64,000 nt of DNA, taken from an uncultured cyanobacterium (GTDB taxonomy: Bacteria; Cyanobacteriota; Cyanobacteriia; Pseudanabaenales; Pseudanabaenaceae). The notes under the pieces are model-generated. The model did not search any database. It was not told where the DNA came from and worked only from the letters and a program-made list of their open reading frames with translations. The stretch is from contig OY969811.1 of NCBI GenBank assembly GCA_963703315.1, positions 1,792,001-1,856,000 of the forward strand. Reading direction: 5' to 3'. A program made the position numbers and the translations under genes. Of this stretch, positions 30,804 to 40,703 are shown in pieces; within the stretch, counting starts at the first letter, position 1; each line of letters starts with the position of its first letter.

Positions 30804-32114
30804 TTGACTGTTATAGAGGTTATTTTGCAAAACTTTATTCACTTTTTTAGTCCTTTACAATGGGAAATTATTTTAAAAACGGCGCAAATTGCCCATGAAT
30901 TGAATTTACGAGCTTTTGCGGTGGGCGGAATTGTTCGTGATGCCATCATGCATAACAATCACAAATTGTCTGATTTTCCAAAGGATTTAGATTTGGTCTT
31001 TGATGGTGCTGAGCAAGCGGGAATTAAAGTAGCGATCGCCTTACATCAGCTTTTTCCTAATACAAAATTGCATATCCATGAAAACTTTCAAACGGCAGAA
31101 TTAATCTTTCTAGATTTTGAGATCGATATGGCAACGGCACGGCGCGAAACCTATGCTTATGCTGGAGCAAATCCACAGGTGATCGCGACAAGCTTGGAAG
31201 ATGATCTATGGCGGCGAGATTTTACGGTGAATGCCTTAGCAATAGAACTTGATCCGCAATTGGGAATTAAAGGGGAGGTAATCGATCGCTTTGATGGATT
31301 ATCAGATTTAGCTAATAGACAAGTTCGAGCAATTCGAGTGGGTAGTTTTGCTGAAGATCCCCGTCGATTGTTTCGTGCTGTCAGATTTGCCGTACGACTA
31401 GATTTGGCGATCGCTCCTGACACCTATACAGAAATTATTGCCACCACCTCCAGTGGACTCCATGATGCAATTGGAGGAGCTAGGTTACGGTCAGAATTGC
31501 TTTATACGCTAGCGGAGCCGAAAGCAGGCAAAATGTTTGATTTATTGCAAGAATTAGGAGTATTACGCTGTATTCATCCAGATTTAGCATTACCTCACGA
31601 TGCGGATAATTCGTTTACTCGCCAATGGCGGCGATCGCAATATTGGGTCAAGTTACTCAATCGCTTAGAAAACAAAAACTATGCACCAATTCAATTAGGT
31701 GTGGAACTATTACTTTCCTATTTGCCTTACGAAATTTCTACACAACTCGATCTTGGTTTAACTCCTGAGCAAAAGGCACGTCAAGTGAAGTTAGCAGATT
31801 TATTAACAAATGTAGCTGATCTCGTAAATAGTTCCTTTAAAATCTCAGAAATAACCCAAAATCTCCAAAAATTCGATACTCAGACTTTGATCTTAGCTGG
31901 GGCAAAATGTGATCATCCACAACGGCACATCCTCTGGAACTATCTCACCCAATGGCAAATGGTCAAATCTCCCCTAACGGGCGCAGATCTCAAAGAGTTA
32001 GGCTATGCAACAGGTAAACAAATGGGTGAACTCTTGCAGCGTTTAAGATGGTCAAAGCTAGATGGAGAAATTTCAACTAAAGCTGAGGCGATCGCCTATC
32101 TTCAAATCCAATAA
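30804..32114 (+). CDS. tRNA nucleotidyltransferase (class II, CCA/polyA-polymerase family)
   Basis: VGGIVRD, DLD, RRDFTVNA, EDPRRLFRAVRF. Confidence 0.88.
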   Translation: MTVIEVILQNFIHFFSPLQWEIILKTAQIAHELNLRAFAVGGIVRDAIMHNNHKLSDFPKDLDLVFDGAEQAGIKVAIALHQLFPNTKLHIHENFQTAELIFLDFEIDMATARRETYAYAGANPQVIATSLEDDLWRRDFTVNALAIELDPQLGIKGEVIDRFDGLSDLANRQVRAIRVGSFAEDPRRLFRAVRFAVRLDLAIAPDTYTEIIATTSSGLHDAIGGARLRSELLYTLAEPKAGKMFDLLQELGVLRCIHPDLALPHDADNSFTRQWRRSQYWVKLLNRLENKNYAPIQLGVELLLSYLPYEISTQLDLGLTPEQKARQVKLADLLTNVADLVNSSFKISEITQNLQKFDTQTLILAGAKCDHPQRHILWNYLTQWQMVKSPLTGADLKELGYATGKQMGELLQRLRWSKLDGEISTKAEAIAYLQIQ

Positions 32115-32196
32115 TTCCCAAACCCGTAAAGTTGTACCCCTACGCAACTTTACGGGTTATTGAAACCAGCATATTGTCAGGGCAATTCATGAGTTG

Positions 32197-32276
32197 AAAC
32201 CCAAAACCAGAGCTTGTGCTGCCCACTACGCGGGCGGCACAAGCTTCTAGGTTTTAAGTTTATGCCTAGCTACTTA
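32197..32276. repeat. Class B palindromic element (inverted relative to the 15636 copy)
   Basis: cagagcttgtgctgcccactacgcgggcggcacaagcttctagg...tagctactta. Confidence 0.75.
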
Positions 32277-32383
32277 AGTTCTAAATATTAAACATTTTGG
32301 TGATTGCTATAAAATGTTAGAAGTAGCTTTCAGCGCCCATCCGTAAAGCCAATCATTACACAAAATTTTAGGACAGACATATC

Positions 32384-33646
32384 ATGAGAGGCGGTATCCG
32401 CATCGGCAGCATTTCAGACATCCCCATATATATTGATTCATCATGGTTTCTCGTACTCGGCTTGCTAGCCGTTTGGTTGAGTGCTGCCTATACCAAGCTA
32501 TCGCCATCTTTTTCTATAGGTTATGGTGCAATTACGGCAATTCTTTTCTTTTTGTCGATCGCTTTTAACAAAATTGTCCATGCTGTCATGTCTAAGGCTC
32601 GTGGTGTAGAAGTCAAAGAGATTAACATTCAGTTTATTGGTGGCGGAAATACAGAAAAAGAAGCAAAAGATCCCTTTTCCGTATTTAGTATTGCGGTCTC
32701 AGGTCCATTAGTGAACTTAGTTTTCAGTGTGATTGGGTTTACAGTCGCTTGGCTAATTGCAGGCGATGTCATCTTTGCAAATAATCCTAAAACAATTGGC
32801 GCTTTACCTGAAAGTATTGGCAATATTCCCACCATTTGGACAATGATTTCCCTAAATTTTGCCCAAATCAACCTTATATTTACTGTATTTAGCCTCATTC
32901 CTGCTTTACCCTTTGAGGGTGGTCATGTTCTCAAGGCATTAGTTTGGAAACTAACAGGCGATCGCTTTACTGGCATCCGATGGGCAGCGCGATCGGGGCA
33001 GTTTTTTGGAATCTTGATGATAGTTATTGGATCAATCATATTATTCACAAGTTTTAGCGGTCTCTTTTTGATTTTGATCGGTTGGTTCCTATTTGGTAGT
33101 GCAGGTGGCTATCTTTATCTCAACAACTTGCAACAGGCTCTGCTCGATATTAATGCGGAATCAGCGATGACCAGAGATTTTCGTCTAGTAGATGCCGATA
33201 TCTCCTTACGTGACTTTGCCGATAAATTTTTGCTAATGGAAGATAAGGATGCAAATCCCATTTATATCGCCTCATCTAATGGGCGCGATCGCGGTATTAT
33301 TTCAGCAGGAACTATTCGCAATATTGATAGCCATGAGTGGCAATCCAAATCTTTGCAAGCTCTGATCAAACCCTTAGATGAGATTGATACAGTTGATTTG
33401 CAAACCAAAATATCAAAGGTTGTCAATTTGCTTGAACAAAAACAGTTGCGTTATCTAATTGTGCGATCGCCTGTAGGATCAGTGGCAGGAGTAATTGATC
33501 GCGGTGATGTGATCAAGGCTCTAGATAGCAAGCTGCTATGGCGAATTCCTTCAGAATATGTCAAACAAATTAAAGCAGATGGAAAGTTTCCACCCAACCT
33601 TCGCTTAGTAGAAATTTGTGAACAGTTGCATGAGCAAGAGGTTTAA
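32384..33646 (+). CDS. Site-2 protease (M50) + CBS domain homolog with degenerate active site
   Basis: IPIYIDSSW, SGPLVN, GGHVLKA and C-terminal CBS pair present; the HExxH position reads NKIVH. Confidence 0.8.
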   Translation: MRGGIRIGSISDIPIYIDSSWFLVLGLLAVWLSAAYTKLSPSFSIGYGAITAILFFLSIAFNKIVHAVMSKARGVEVKEINIQFIGGGNTEKEAKDPFSVFSIAVSGPLVNLVFSVIGFTVAWLIAGDVIFANNPKTIGALPESIGNIPTIWTMISLNFAQINLIFTVFSLIPALPFEGGHVLKALVWKLTGDRFTGIRWAARSGQFFGILMIVIGSIILFTSFSGLFLILIGWFLFGSAGGYLYLNNLQQALLDINAESAMTRDFRLVDADISLRDFADKFLLMEDKDANPIYIASSNGRDRGIISAGTIRNIDSHEWQSKSLQALIKPLDEIDTVDLQTKISKVVNLLEQKQLRYLIVRSPVGSVAGVIDRGDVIKALDSKLLWRIPSEYVKQIKADGKFPPNLRLVEICEQLHEQEV

Positions 33647-33701
33647 TTCACTTAATTCAATTCAGAATACGAATGGCGGCGCAAAGCGCCGCCATTCGCT
33701 G

Positions 33702-35408
33702 TTAGAAGCCAACAGAATTCAAATCTTCGGAAAAGTCTTCTAAGGTCAAATTCGATGAAGATTTGTTTTCTGAAGTATTGATAGAAATCGTATCCATATT
33801 TCCCAATATGCGCTCTATAGTGATCACTCCAACATCAGTATTCAATTGGTTTACATCCTGATTGACACTAGGAGATGATACAACTTGATTCTGCTCTTCC
33901 TCTTGGATTAACTGCAACAGTTTATCCAGATTTTGCTTCGGAATTCTTGATTTAATCGTATCAATACTTTCTTCGATCTCTGTAACATCTGATTCCAAAG
34001 GGGGTGCTGGCAAATCATTGGCAAAGCTTCCAAATAAGTCATCACTGGTACTAGCGGTATCATTCAAGGGACTAGCAGACGAATTCACTGGCAAATCATT
34101 TACTTGATTGATACTTTCGCTATAATTGCTTACCGATTCAATATGTTCATTCATAAACTCATCAAATAATGAGTCAGAAAAATCAGAACTAGCAGTGATA
34201 TCATCCACTATTTGAACTGGAGTTTCTTCTTGAAAATTATCAAACAATGAATTTGCGGTAATCGATTCTAAACTTTCAACTACACTATTCACTAATGGAA
34301 CTGGTGTTTCTAGAACTGGCAATTCTGGAATTGAGGCTACTGGAACTGGGGCGGGTTCCGCTTGAAAATCATCAAATAGTGAATTTGCGGTAATCGATTC
34401 TGCTCTCTCGACAATATCATTAGTGATTTGCAGGATTGGCGCGGAAGACGCAGGAGCATCATCAAAAGTATTATCAAATAGAGAACTGATCGTAACTGAT
34501 GTTGAGGGAGAGACTGAGGCTATATTGGTATCTACATTTGTATCTACAGATTTAGCAGGAATATTTTGAGGGATGTCTGAAATTGTGGCAGGTTTAGTGT
34601 CAGCAACATCGTAAGCAGTAGATTCTGAAGTGGTTTCTGCTAAGTCTAATGTAATGCCTTGATGTTTGATCTCTGGATCATCCTCTTCTTGAGCAGGTTC
34701 TAAAAATATTTTCGTAACTAGACGGATTTTAGCTTTTTGCCATTGTTGCCCCGGCTGGAGTATGGATAGATTAGTAATCACTTGGTCGCCATGCTCATCC
34801 GTCTTGCTAGATTCCGCGATCGTGTCAAGCAGGCTGCGTAAGTTAGGATTAGAGGCGACTGCTGCAAATAAAAAGCTAGGCTTACTAATGACCTGAATCA
34901 ACTCTGTGAGTGTGGTTAAGCATCGGACAGTACCGACTTGCTCATCAGTGAAGCGCACAATAATGTCTTGATATTCTTGCAGGTTTTGCTTTATTTGAGA
35001 CAACTTCTGAACTAGGATAACTCCCTTAGGATTGCTAACAAGGTTAATGTTGTGATTTGGTTCCAAACTATTAGACTCAGGATCTGGTGATGCGGTTAGA
35101 GGCTGTTGCAGATCTTTGACTAGATTGATTTCATATTGCCAAGCTAAGTAATTATTATCAGCGCGATAGGTCAAAATTTTGACACATTTGACCTTCTCAG
35201 GTTGCAAAATAATTATGCCCCGATGAATAATTGTCACAACCGCTTTTTGATTTGGCACTTGAGCGGCTTGTAAAGAGATTTTGAGACATTCCGCTTCTAG
35301 CTCTGCCTTTGCGTGAATGCCTTTGGATGCTAGCGATCGATTGATCAAAGCAGCGATCGCTTGAGGATCACCTTGCTTTGCCAAGTCCATAACGCTTAGT
35401 TGTGTCAT
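33702..35408 (-). CDS. Hypothetical protein with a KGK-like segment and acidic low-complexity tail
   Basis: N-terminal LAKQGDPQAIAALINRSL; LQPGQQWQKAKIRL resembles the KGK domain; repeated ESITANSLFD. Confidence 0.55.
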   Translation of the reverse strand: MTQLSVMDLAKQGDPQAIAALINRSLASKGIHAKAELEAECLKISLQAAQVPNQKAVVTIIHRGIIILQPEKVKCVKILTYRADNNYLAWQYEINLVKDLQQPLTASPDPESNSLEPNHNINLVSNPKGVILVQKLSQIKQNLQEYQDIIVRFTDEQVGTVRCLTTLTELIQVISKPSFLFAAVASNPNLRSLLDTIAESSKTDEHGDQVITNLSILQPGQQWQKAKIRLVTKIFLEPAQEEDDPEIKHQGITLDLAETTSESTAYDVADTKPATISDIPQNIPAKSVDTNVDTNIASVSPSTSVTISSLFDNTFDDAPASSAPILQITNDIVERAESITANSLFDDFQAEPAPVPVASIPELPVLETPVPLVNSVVESLESITANSLFDNFQEETPVQIVDDITASSDFSDSLFDEFMNEHIESVSNYSESINQVNDLPVNSSASPLNDTASTSDDLFGSFANDLPAPPLESDVTEIEESIDTIKSRIPKQNLDKLLQLIQEEEQNQVVSSPSVNQDVNQLNTDVGVITIERILGNMDTISINTSENKSSSNLTLEDFSEDLNSVGF

Positions 35409-35528
35409 ACCCTATTCCCGATTGGCTATAGATTTCTCTAGCAACTTATATAGATGTCCCGCATCAATAATAATTCTCTCATTGAAAATAGCCATATTTC
35501 CAGAGTGTTGTGCAACTTTACTAATACT

Positions 35529-35602
35529 TAGGGTTCTGCGAGTTAATAGAGAACCATTTTTTAGTGACGCGGCTTAGTCTCGTCACTAAAAAATAGTTCT
35601 CT
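35529..35602. repeat. Palindromic element
   Basis: aatagagaaccattttttagtgacg...cgtcactaaaaatagttctctatt. Confidence 0.6.
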
Positions 35603-35682
35603 ATTTTACTGTGAGTTCCTTACAGAAAAATGTAACTGATAACTTCACCAGTTTACGAATTTAGAGACAAATTTTAGCGTAA

Positions 35683-35787
35683 TAAGTAGCTGGACATAAT
35701 TAAAAAACTAGATCCAAAGCCTGTGGCGCACTCGCAGCGTGCGTCACAGGTTTTGGGATTTTATATTTAATTGCGCCCAGCTACTTA
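35683..35787. repeat. Class B palindromic element
   Basis: taagtagctgg...ccagctactta ends; central cctgtggcgcac..gtgcgtcacagg. Confidence 0.8.
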
Positions 35788-35901
35788 TTACTTTGCACTA
35801 TCAACTTAAAAATAAAGAAAGGGGACGCTTTGCATCCCCTTTCTCATTAATATTTGCAGAATACTGCTTAGTAACTAATCTGCTGTCAAAATTTTGAGAA
35901 A

Positions 35902-36123
35902 TTAGTCTTCATAGAGACGACATTCAGCAGCGTCAGGATTATCATCGCAATAAACTTCGAGAGAGTTTTTGGTCTTTGCTTGCTGTTGGTGTGACGATTC
36001 TGCTTGTAATTCTTCAACTGCATCCCATGCAGCCGCACATTCCTTAGAGCCAGTACCGCTAGTTTCGCAGGTGTCTCTGGCTTGTTGTACTTCTTCTAGG
36101 ATTTTCTCTTTAATATTGCTCAT
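35902..36123 (-). CDS. cp12: Calvin cycle protein CP12
   Basis: CAAAWDAVEELQAE and YCDDNPDAAECRLYED. Confidence 0.97.
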   Translation of the reverse strand: MSNIKEKILEEVQQARDTCETSGTGSKECAAAWDAVEELQAESSHQQQAKTKNSLEVYCDDNPDAAECRLYED

Positions 36124-36208
36124 GTATTTTTTCTAACTATCTATAATTTAGATACTAACAGACTAAGGCTAGCTAGCCATCATGCGTCAGGAGTAGGGTA
36201 ATAATGAT

Positions 36209-37111
36209 TTAGCCAAGTCCTAGAGTCGATGGTAGCATTCCCGCTAGGATAATAAAGCCGATCCAGACATTTTGACCAAAGGCTTTTTGATATGTTTCGC
36301 TAGGAATTTCAGCTTGGTTAAGTCTATTACATTGCCATATCCATATTACTCCTGCCGTCAAGCAAGCAAAGTAGTGTGCGTAACCAAGTTTGAGTTCCCA
36401 CCCTAGCCACATCAAACATCCGAGAGCGATCGCCAAAAATATAGCGATTGCAAATGTTACATATCTTCCAAAAAAGAGGGCGCTAGAGTTAACGCCAACT
36501 TTGAGATCATCTTCGCGATCGCTCATGGCATAAATTGTGTCAAAGCCCATTGTCCATGCGATCACGGCTGTCCATAGCTCCCAAGCATAACGATCAAGTC
36601 CACCAGTAACCGCACTCCAAGGGATCAGTACCGCAAACCCCCACGCGATCGACAGCACTAGTTGCGGCACGGGAAAGAAGCGTTTGCAAGCAGGATAGAT
36701 AGCAATCACAGGTACGGCAGCAAAACATAGTCCAAAGCTCAAAGGATTGAGATAGGTCGATAGTAAGAATGCACATAGTCCTGATACTAATAAAACAGCG
36801 ATCCCCACTTGAATAGATAGAGAGCGATCGGCTAAGGGACGATTTTTAGTGCGATCGACTTGGGGATCAATATCGCGATCCCAGAGGTCATTAATTACAC
36901 AACCTGCGGCGCTAGTTGCCAAACTGCCGAGGATGACCACACCCAATAAATCAAGCGGTGGTAACTGGTGGTGTGATTTGGCGGCGGCTACCGTTGCCCA
37001 CAGTGCAGGCAACATCAAAATCAATCTGCCTGCGGGTTTATGCCAACGCAAGAGACGAACGATCTTTTGAAATGTTGATTGGTTATTAGTAATGCCTGTG
37101 GTCATAGTCAA
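36209..37111 (-). CDS. plqA: 4-hydroxybenzoate solanesyltransferase (UbiA family)
   Basis: LRWHKPAG, GCVINDLWDRDID, RTKNRPLA, DTIYAMSDREDD. Confidence 0.9.
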   Translation of the reverse strand: MTMTTGITNNQSTFQKIVRLLRWHKPAGRLILMLPALWATVAAAKSHHQLPPLDLLGVVILGSLATSAAGCVINDLWDRDIDPQVDRTKNRPLADRSLSIQVGIAVLLVSGLCAFLLSTYLNPLSFGLCFAAVPVIAIYPACKRFFPVPQLVLSIAWGFAVLIPWSAVTGGLDRYAWELWTAVIAWTMGFDTIYAMSDREDDLKVGVNSSALFFGRYVTFAIAIFLAIALGCLMWLGWELKLGYAHYFACLTAGVIWIWQCNRLNQAEIPSETYQKAFGQNVWIGFIILAGMLPSTLGLG

Positions 37112-37297
37112 TGCTGATCAAGTCCTTTGGCTTAACTATAGCAAGTTCTCTCTATTTTAAAGATGGCGACACAAAGCGCTGCCATCTTTAGTTTTTAGGC
37201 AAAGTTGCTGATTACAAAAGTTTTCAGCATTGTTACAGTGGAACTTGGGCAACGAACATCTCTGTACTTACATATTGCCAAAGTATGAGGTTTTGAG

Positions 37298-37792
37298 ATG
37301 CGTCTGATTAAATCTATTTTCCAAAAATCTTGTCAGAAATTTTTAGCGATCACTTTCTTAGGTATATCGCTAGCACTGGTAAATGCCAATAATGCTGTTG
37401 CGGATAATTTAAAAGCTGGTCTAACCGATGAACTAGTGAATGATAAAACCTGTGATGGTACTGGGGGAATTCTCGCTTATGCAGAAACTAAGGATTACTC
37501 TCTTTACATTTGTTCTGATCTCAAAAATATTACCCAGCCACGCTATTACCGCAGTGTCAACAAAAATGGCACTCAGGGTGTCAAGCTGATGGCAAAAACT
37601 TATAACCCAAATCAAGGTAATTATTTCGAGTTCTATAACGGTGACTATACATATATGCTCCAGATTCCTTCAGCAAAAATCAAAAATCCTGTATTAATGG
37701 TTGAATTTCCTGATGGCTCTGGCTATGAACAAAAGATTACTCGATTTTTAATGCATGATGAGTTGCGATCGCTCGTATCCAACAAAGAATAG
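37298..37792 (+). CDS. Secreted hypothetical protein
   Basis: Signal peptide; C...AETKDYSLYIC motif seen in cyanobacterial exported proteins. Confidence 0.6.
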   Translation: MRLIKSIFQKSCQKFLAITFLGISLALVNANNAVADNLKAGLTDELVNDKTCDGTGGILAYAETKDYSLYICSDLKNITQPRYYRSVNKNGTQGVKLMAKTYNPNQGNYFEFYNGDYTYMLQIPSAKIKNPVLMVEFPDGSGYEQKITRFLMHDELRSLVSNKE

Positions 37793-37845
37793 GAAAGTAG
37801 CTCTTTATGTAGCTTTTAGTTTTATGTTAATATAGGCATCCTGTT

Positions 37846-37918
37846 GGGGAATTAGCTCAGTTGGTAGAGTGCTGCGATCGCACCGCAGAGGTCAGGGGTT
37901 CGAGCCTCCTATTCTCCA
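37846..37918 (+). tRNA. tRNA-Ala (anticodon CGC)
   Basis: Acceptor stem GGGGAAT/ATTCTCC with G3:U70; D arm agctcagttggtagag; anticodon arm ctgcg-atCGCac-cgcag; T loop ggttcga; CCA not encoded. Confidence 0.95.
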
Positions 37919-37943
37919 TTTTTTTAATCGCAAGGGTAGTCCT

Positions 37944-38612
37944 ATGACTATTAGTCCCATATCTTCTACAAAAGAAATTGCTGCATTGGTTGCTAGTAAT
38001 ACAGCGATATTGCCAAATGTTAGTTGGCAAACCTATGAAGCGTTGCTGAATGATATGGGCGAACATCGTACTGCTCGTTTAGCCTACTATCATGAAGTTT
38101 TAGAAATCAAGATGCCATTAGAACTACATGAAGCTATAAATCGTATCTTAGAAAGACTAATTGTTACCTTGACCGAAGAATTAGGATTAAGCGTTAAAAG
38201 CTTTGGTTCTACAACATTTAATCGTAAGGACTTGGCAGTAGGCGTAGAGCCAGACTCTTGTTTTTATATTCAAAATGCTCACCTAGTTCGTAGATTTAAG
38301 ATTGATATATATAATGATCCAGCACCTGATTTAGTTGTTGAAGTTGATCTTTATAGCTCTAGCGATCGCAGATTTTATATCTATCAACAGTTGGGTGTGC
38401 CTGAAATTTGGAGATACAATAAAACAGGAATAAAATTTTACATTTTGCAAAATGACGAGTATCTAGAGCAGGAATACAGCCTCACTTTCCCAATTATTTC
38501 TAGCGCGATTTTAGATACTTTTTTGCAACAAGCCGATTCAATTGATGACAATCAATTAATTCGTAATTTTAGAAAATGGGTGCAACAACAGTTAAATATC
38601 GAAACAAGCTAA
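37944..38612 (+). CDS. Uma2 family endonuclease
   Basis: VSWQTYEAL, EPDSCFYIQN, PDLVVEVD, LGVPEIWRY. The ORF-track start overlaps the tRNA, so ATG 37944 was used. Confidence 0.9.
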   Translation: MTISPISSTKEIAALVASNTAILPNVSWQTYEALLNDMGEHRTARLAYYHEVLEIKMPLELHEAINRILERLIVTLTEELGLSVKSFGSTTFNRKDLAVGVEPDSCFYIQNAHLVRRFKIDIYNDPAPDLVVEVDLYSSSDRRFYIYQQLGVPEIWRYNKTGIKFYILQNDEYLEQEYSLTFPIISSAILDTFLQQADSIDDNQLIRNFRKWVQQQLNIETS

Positions 38613-39655
38613 ATAGTAGATAAAAAACTAATTAGAGATTGATTTTGTTCATCAGTACCAACAGTAATGCGTAGCTTATCAGCTAGTCCTGATTGATTGA
38701 AATAGCGGACTAAAATACCAGATTCTTTAAGTTTTAAATAAATCTCTTCAGCATTACCTTTAGGTGGAGTGGCAAGCACAAAATTACCGTGTGACTCTAG
38801 TACGGTATAGTCGAGATTTTTTAAATCTTGGGAAAGCTTGGTGCGGGAAATTTTGACTTTTTCAGCATTAGCGTTTTTATAGTCTTGATCTCGAAAGGCT
38901 GCCGTACCCACAGCGATCGCCACAGCATCAATGTTATAACTATCTTTAACCTTAAATAATCCTGAAAGTAAACTAGGGTTCGCCACACCAAAACCTAAAC
39001 GTAAACCCGCAAGAGAATAGCCTTTAGATAAAGTTCGCAACACAATCACGTTGTCAAATTCTTGTACCAATGGCAAAGCCGAATATTCGGCAAAATCAGT
39101 ATAGGCTTCATCGATCGCCACAATACCTGATACTTGTCGCGCCAACTGGCGTAAATCATCAAGCGGTACGATATGTCCCGATGGACTATTGGGTGACGCA
39201 ATAAAAGTTACAGCACCATTTGCTGCCACAAGTTCATCAATGGGTAGCTGAAAATTTTCACTGTATGGTACTTCTACGGTTTCCGATGGTTGCATTGCTG
39301 CCAGAGTGCGGTAAAGCACGTAGGTGGGCATCGGGTAAACCACTTTGCGATCGCGACCTTCCGCACAAGCCCTGATCAAAATATTTAAAACATCGTCACT
39401 GCCATTACCGACAATTATCCAATCCGCAGGTACATCAAGAACATCACTTATGGCTTGACAAAATTCACGTGCAGAGGGATCGGGATAGCGCCGCAAGGAA
39501 TCGCTATCAATATTTTGTAAAGTGGCGATCGCCTTAGGTGAAGGTGGATAGGGGTTTTCGTTAGTATTTAACTTAATAACTTTAATGCCAGACTTCGGCT
39601 GTTCCCCCGGAACGTAACCAGTCATCGCATCAATAGCAGGGCGGAAGTAGCTCAT
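38609..39655 (-). CDS. hisC: Histidinol-phosphate aminotransferase
   Basis: KLNTNENPYPPSP, GNGSDD, DEAY, RTLSKGYSLAGLRLG. Confidence 0.95.
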   Translation of the reverse strand: MSYFRPAIDAMTGYVPGEQPKSGIKVIKLNTNENPYPPSPKAIATLQNIDSDSLRRYPDPSAREFCQAISDVLDVPADWIIVGNGSDDVLNILIRACAEGRDRKVVYPMPTYVLYRTLAAMQPSETVEVPYSENFQLPIDELVAANGAVTFIASPNSPSGHIVPLDDLRQLARQVSGIVAIDEAYTDFAEYSALPLVQEFDNVIVLRTLSKGYSLAGLRLGFGVANPSLLSGLFKVKDSYNIDAVAIAVGTAAFRDQDYKNANAEKVKISRTKLSQDLKNLDYTVLESHGNFVLATPPKGNAEEIYLKLKESGILVRYFNQSGLADKLRITVGTDEQNQSLISFLSTI

Positions 39656-39757
39656 GGTGAGAAGTAAAAAGGTAAAAGTAAAAAGTAAAAACTTAGGTCA
39701 GGTCTACTATTGTATCGCTACATTACTTAGCAAAAAGGACGCTTTGCGCCCTTTTTG

Positions 39758-40684
39758 CTAAGTCTTATCTCGAAATATTGGCAAGACCTCGTTACAAAAA
39801 GCTTCGGTTGCTTTGGAGCGATAACGGTTGGGGTTACGGATTTGTAACAACATTCGCTTAATTACCACGCCATCAATGCGTACTTGTGTCAAAGCACCCA
39901 TCTGTAACTCTTTCTCGATCGCCGTTATCGACAAAAATGCTGCCCCTAATCCTGCCTGTACCGCATTTTTGATTGCCTCAATTGAGTTTAACTCCATCGC
40001 GATCGCTAGTTGACGTGGGTCAACTCCACTATCGAGCAAAACGCGATCAATTGCTTTACGAATCGTCGATTGCGAGTCAAGGTTAATAAATTGCAACTTA
40101 TACAACTCCTCGATTGGTAATGCCCCAACCTGAGTAAGTGGATGCGAAGTTGGTAGAATTAGCGCTAGTTCATCTTCGGCATAAGGTGTAATCTCTAAAG
40201 AATCTAGCAAATCCGCAGGAATCTCGCCCCCAATAATTGCCAAGTCTACCTGTCCATTCGCAACACTCCATGCCGTTCGCCTTGTAGAATGAACATGGAG
40301 TTGCACGGAAACTTCAGGATATTTCTTGCGAAATAATCCAATCATCTGAGGCATGAGATAGGTTCCAGTCGTTTGACTAGCACCTATAATTAGAGTCCCA
40401 CCATTAAGATTTTGCAAATCATCAATGGCGCGACAAGTTTCTTGACAAAGGCTCAAAATGCGATCGCCATAGGAAAGTAATAACTGTCCTGCCTCTGTTA
40501 ACTGCGCTCTGCGCCCCCCACGATCAAACAACGGCACATCTAGCTGTCGTTCTAGATGTTGAACTTGCAAGCTAACGGCTGGTTGGGACACATACAGGCT
40601 ATCGGCGGCGCGTTTAAAGCTACCCTCAGCAGCGATCGCCTTGAGAATGCGTAATTGGTCTAGAGTGAACGGTATGTCGATCAT
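39758..40684 (-). CDS. rbcR: LysR regulator, Ycf30/RbcR type
   Basis: [34 protein letters not shown] and NPNRYRSKA. Confidence 0.85.
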   Translation of the reverse strand: MIDIPFTLDQLRILKAIAAEGSFKRAADSLYVSQPAVSLQVQHLERQLDVPLFDRGGRRAQLTEAGQLLLSYGDRILSLCQETCRAIDDLQNLNGGTLIIGASQTTGTYLMPQMIGLFRKKYPEVSVQLHVHSTRRTAWSVANGQVDLAIIGGEIPADLLDSLEITPYAEDELALILPTSHPLTQVGALPIEELYKLQFINLDSQSTIRKAIDRVLLDSGVDPRQLAIAMELNSIEAIKNAVQAGLGAAFLSITAIEKELQMGALTQVRIDGVVIKRMLLQIRNPNRYRSKATEAFCNEVLPIFRDKT

Positions 40685-40703
40685 AGAAGCAGCGTGAGAA
40701 AAA

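Noticed and set aside
37869..37943. N-terminal extension of the Uma2 ORF, and the antisense ORF 37857-38066
   Set aside because: Both overlap tRNA-Ala; the likely start is ATG 37944.
37846..38612. tRNA as an integration site for an island
   Set aside because: No integrase and no duplicated tRNA 3' end seen in the window.
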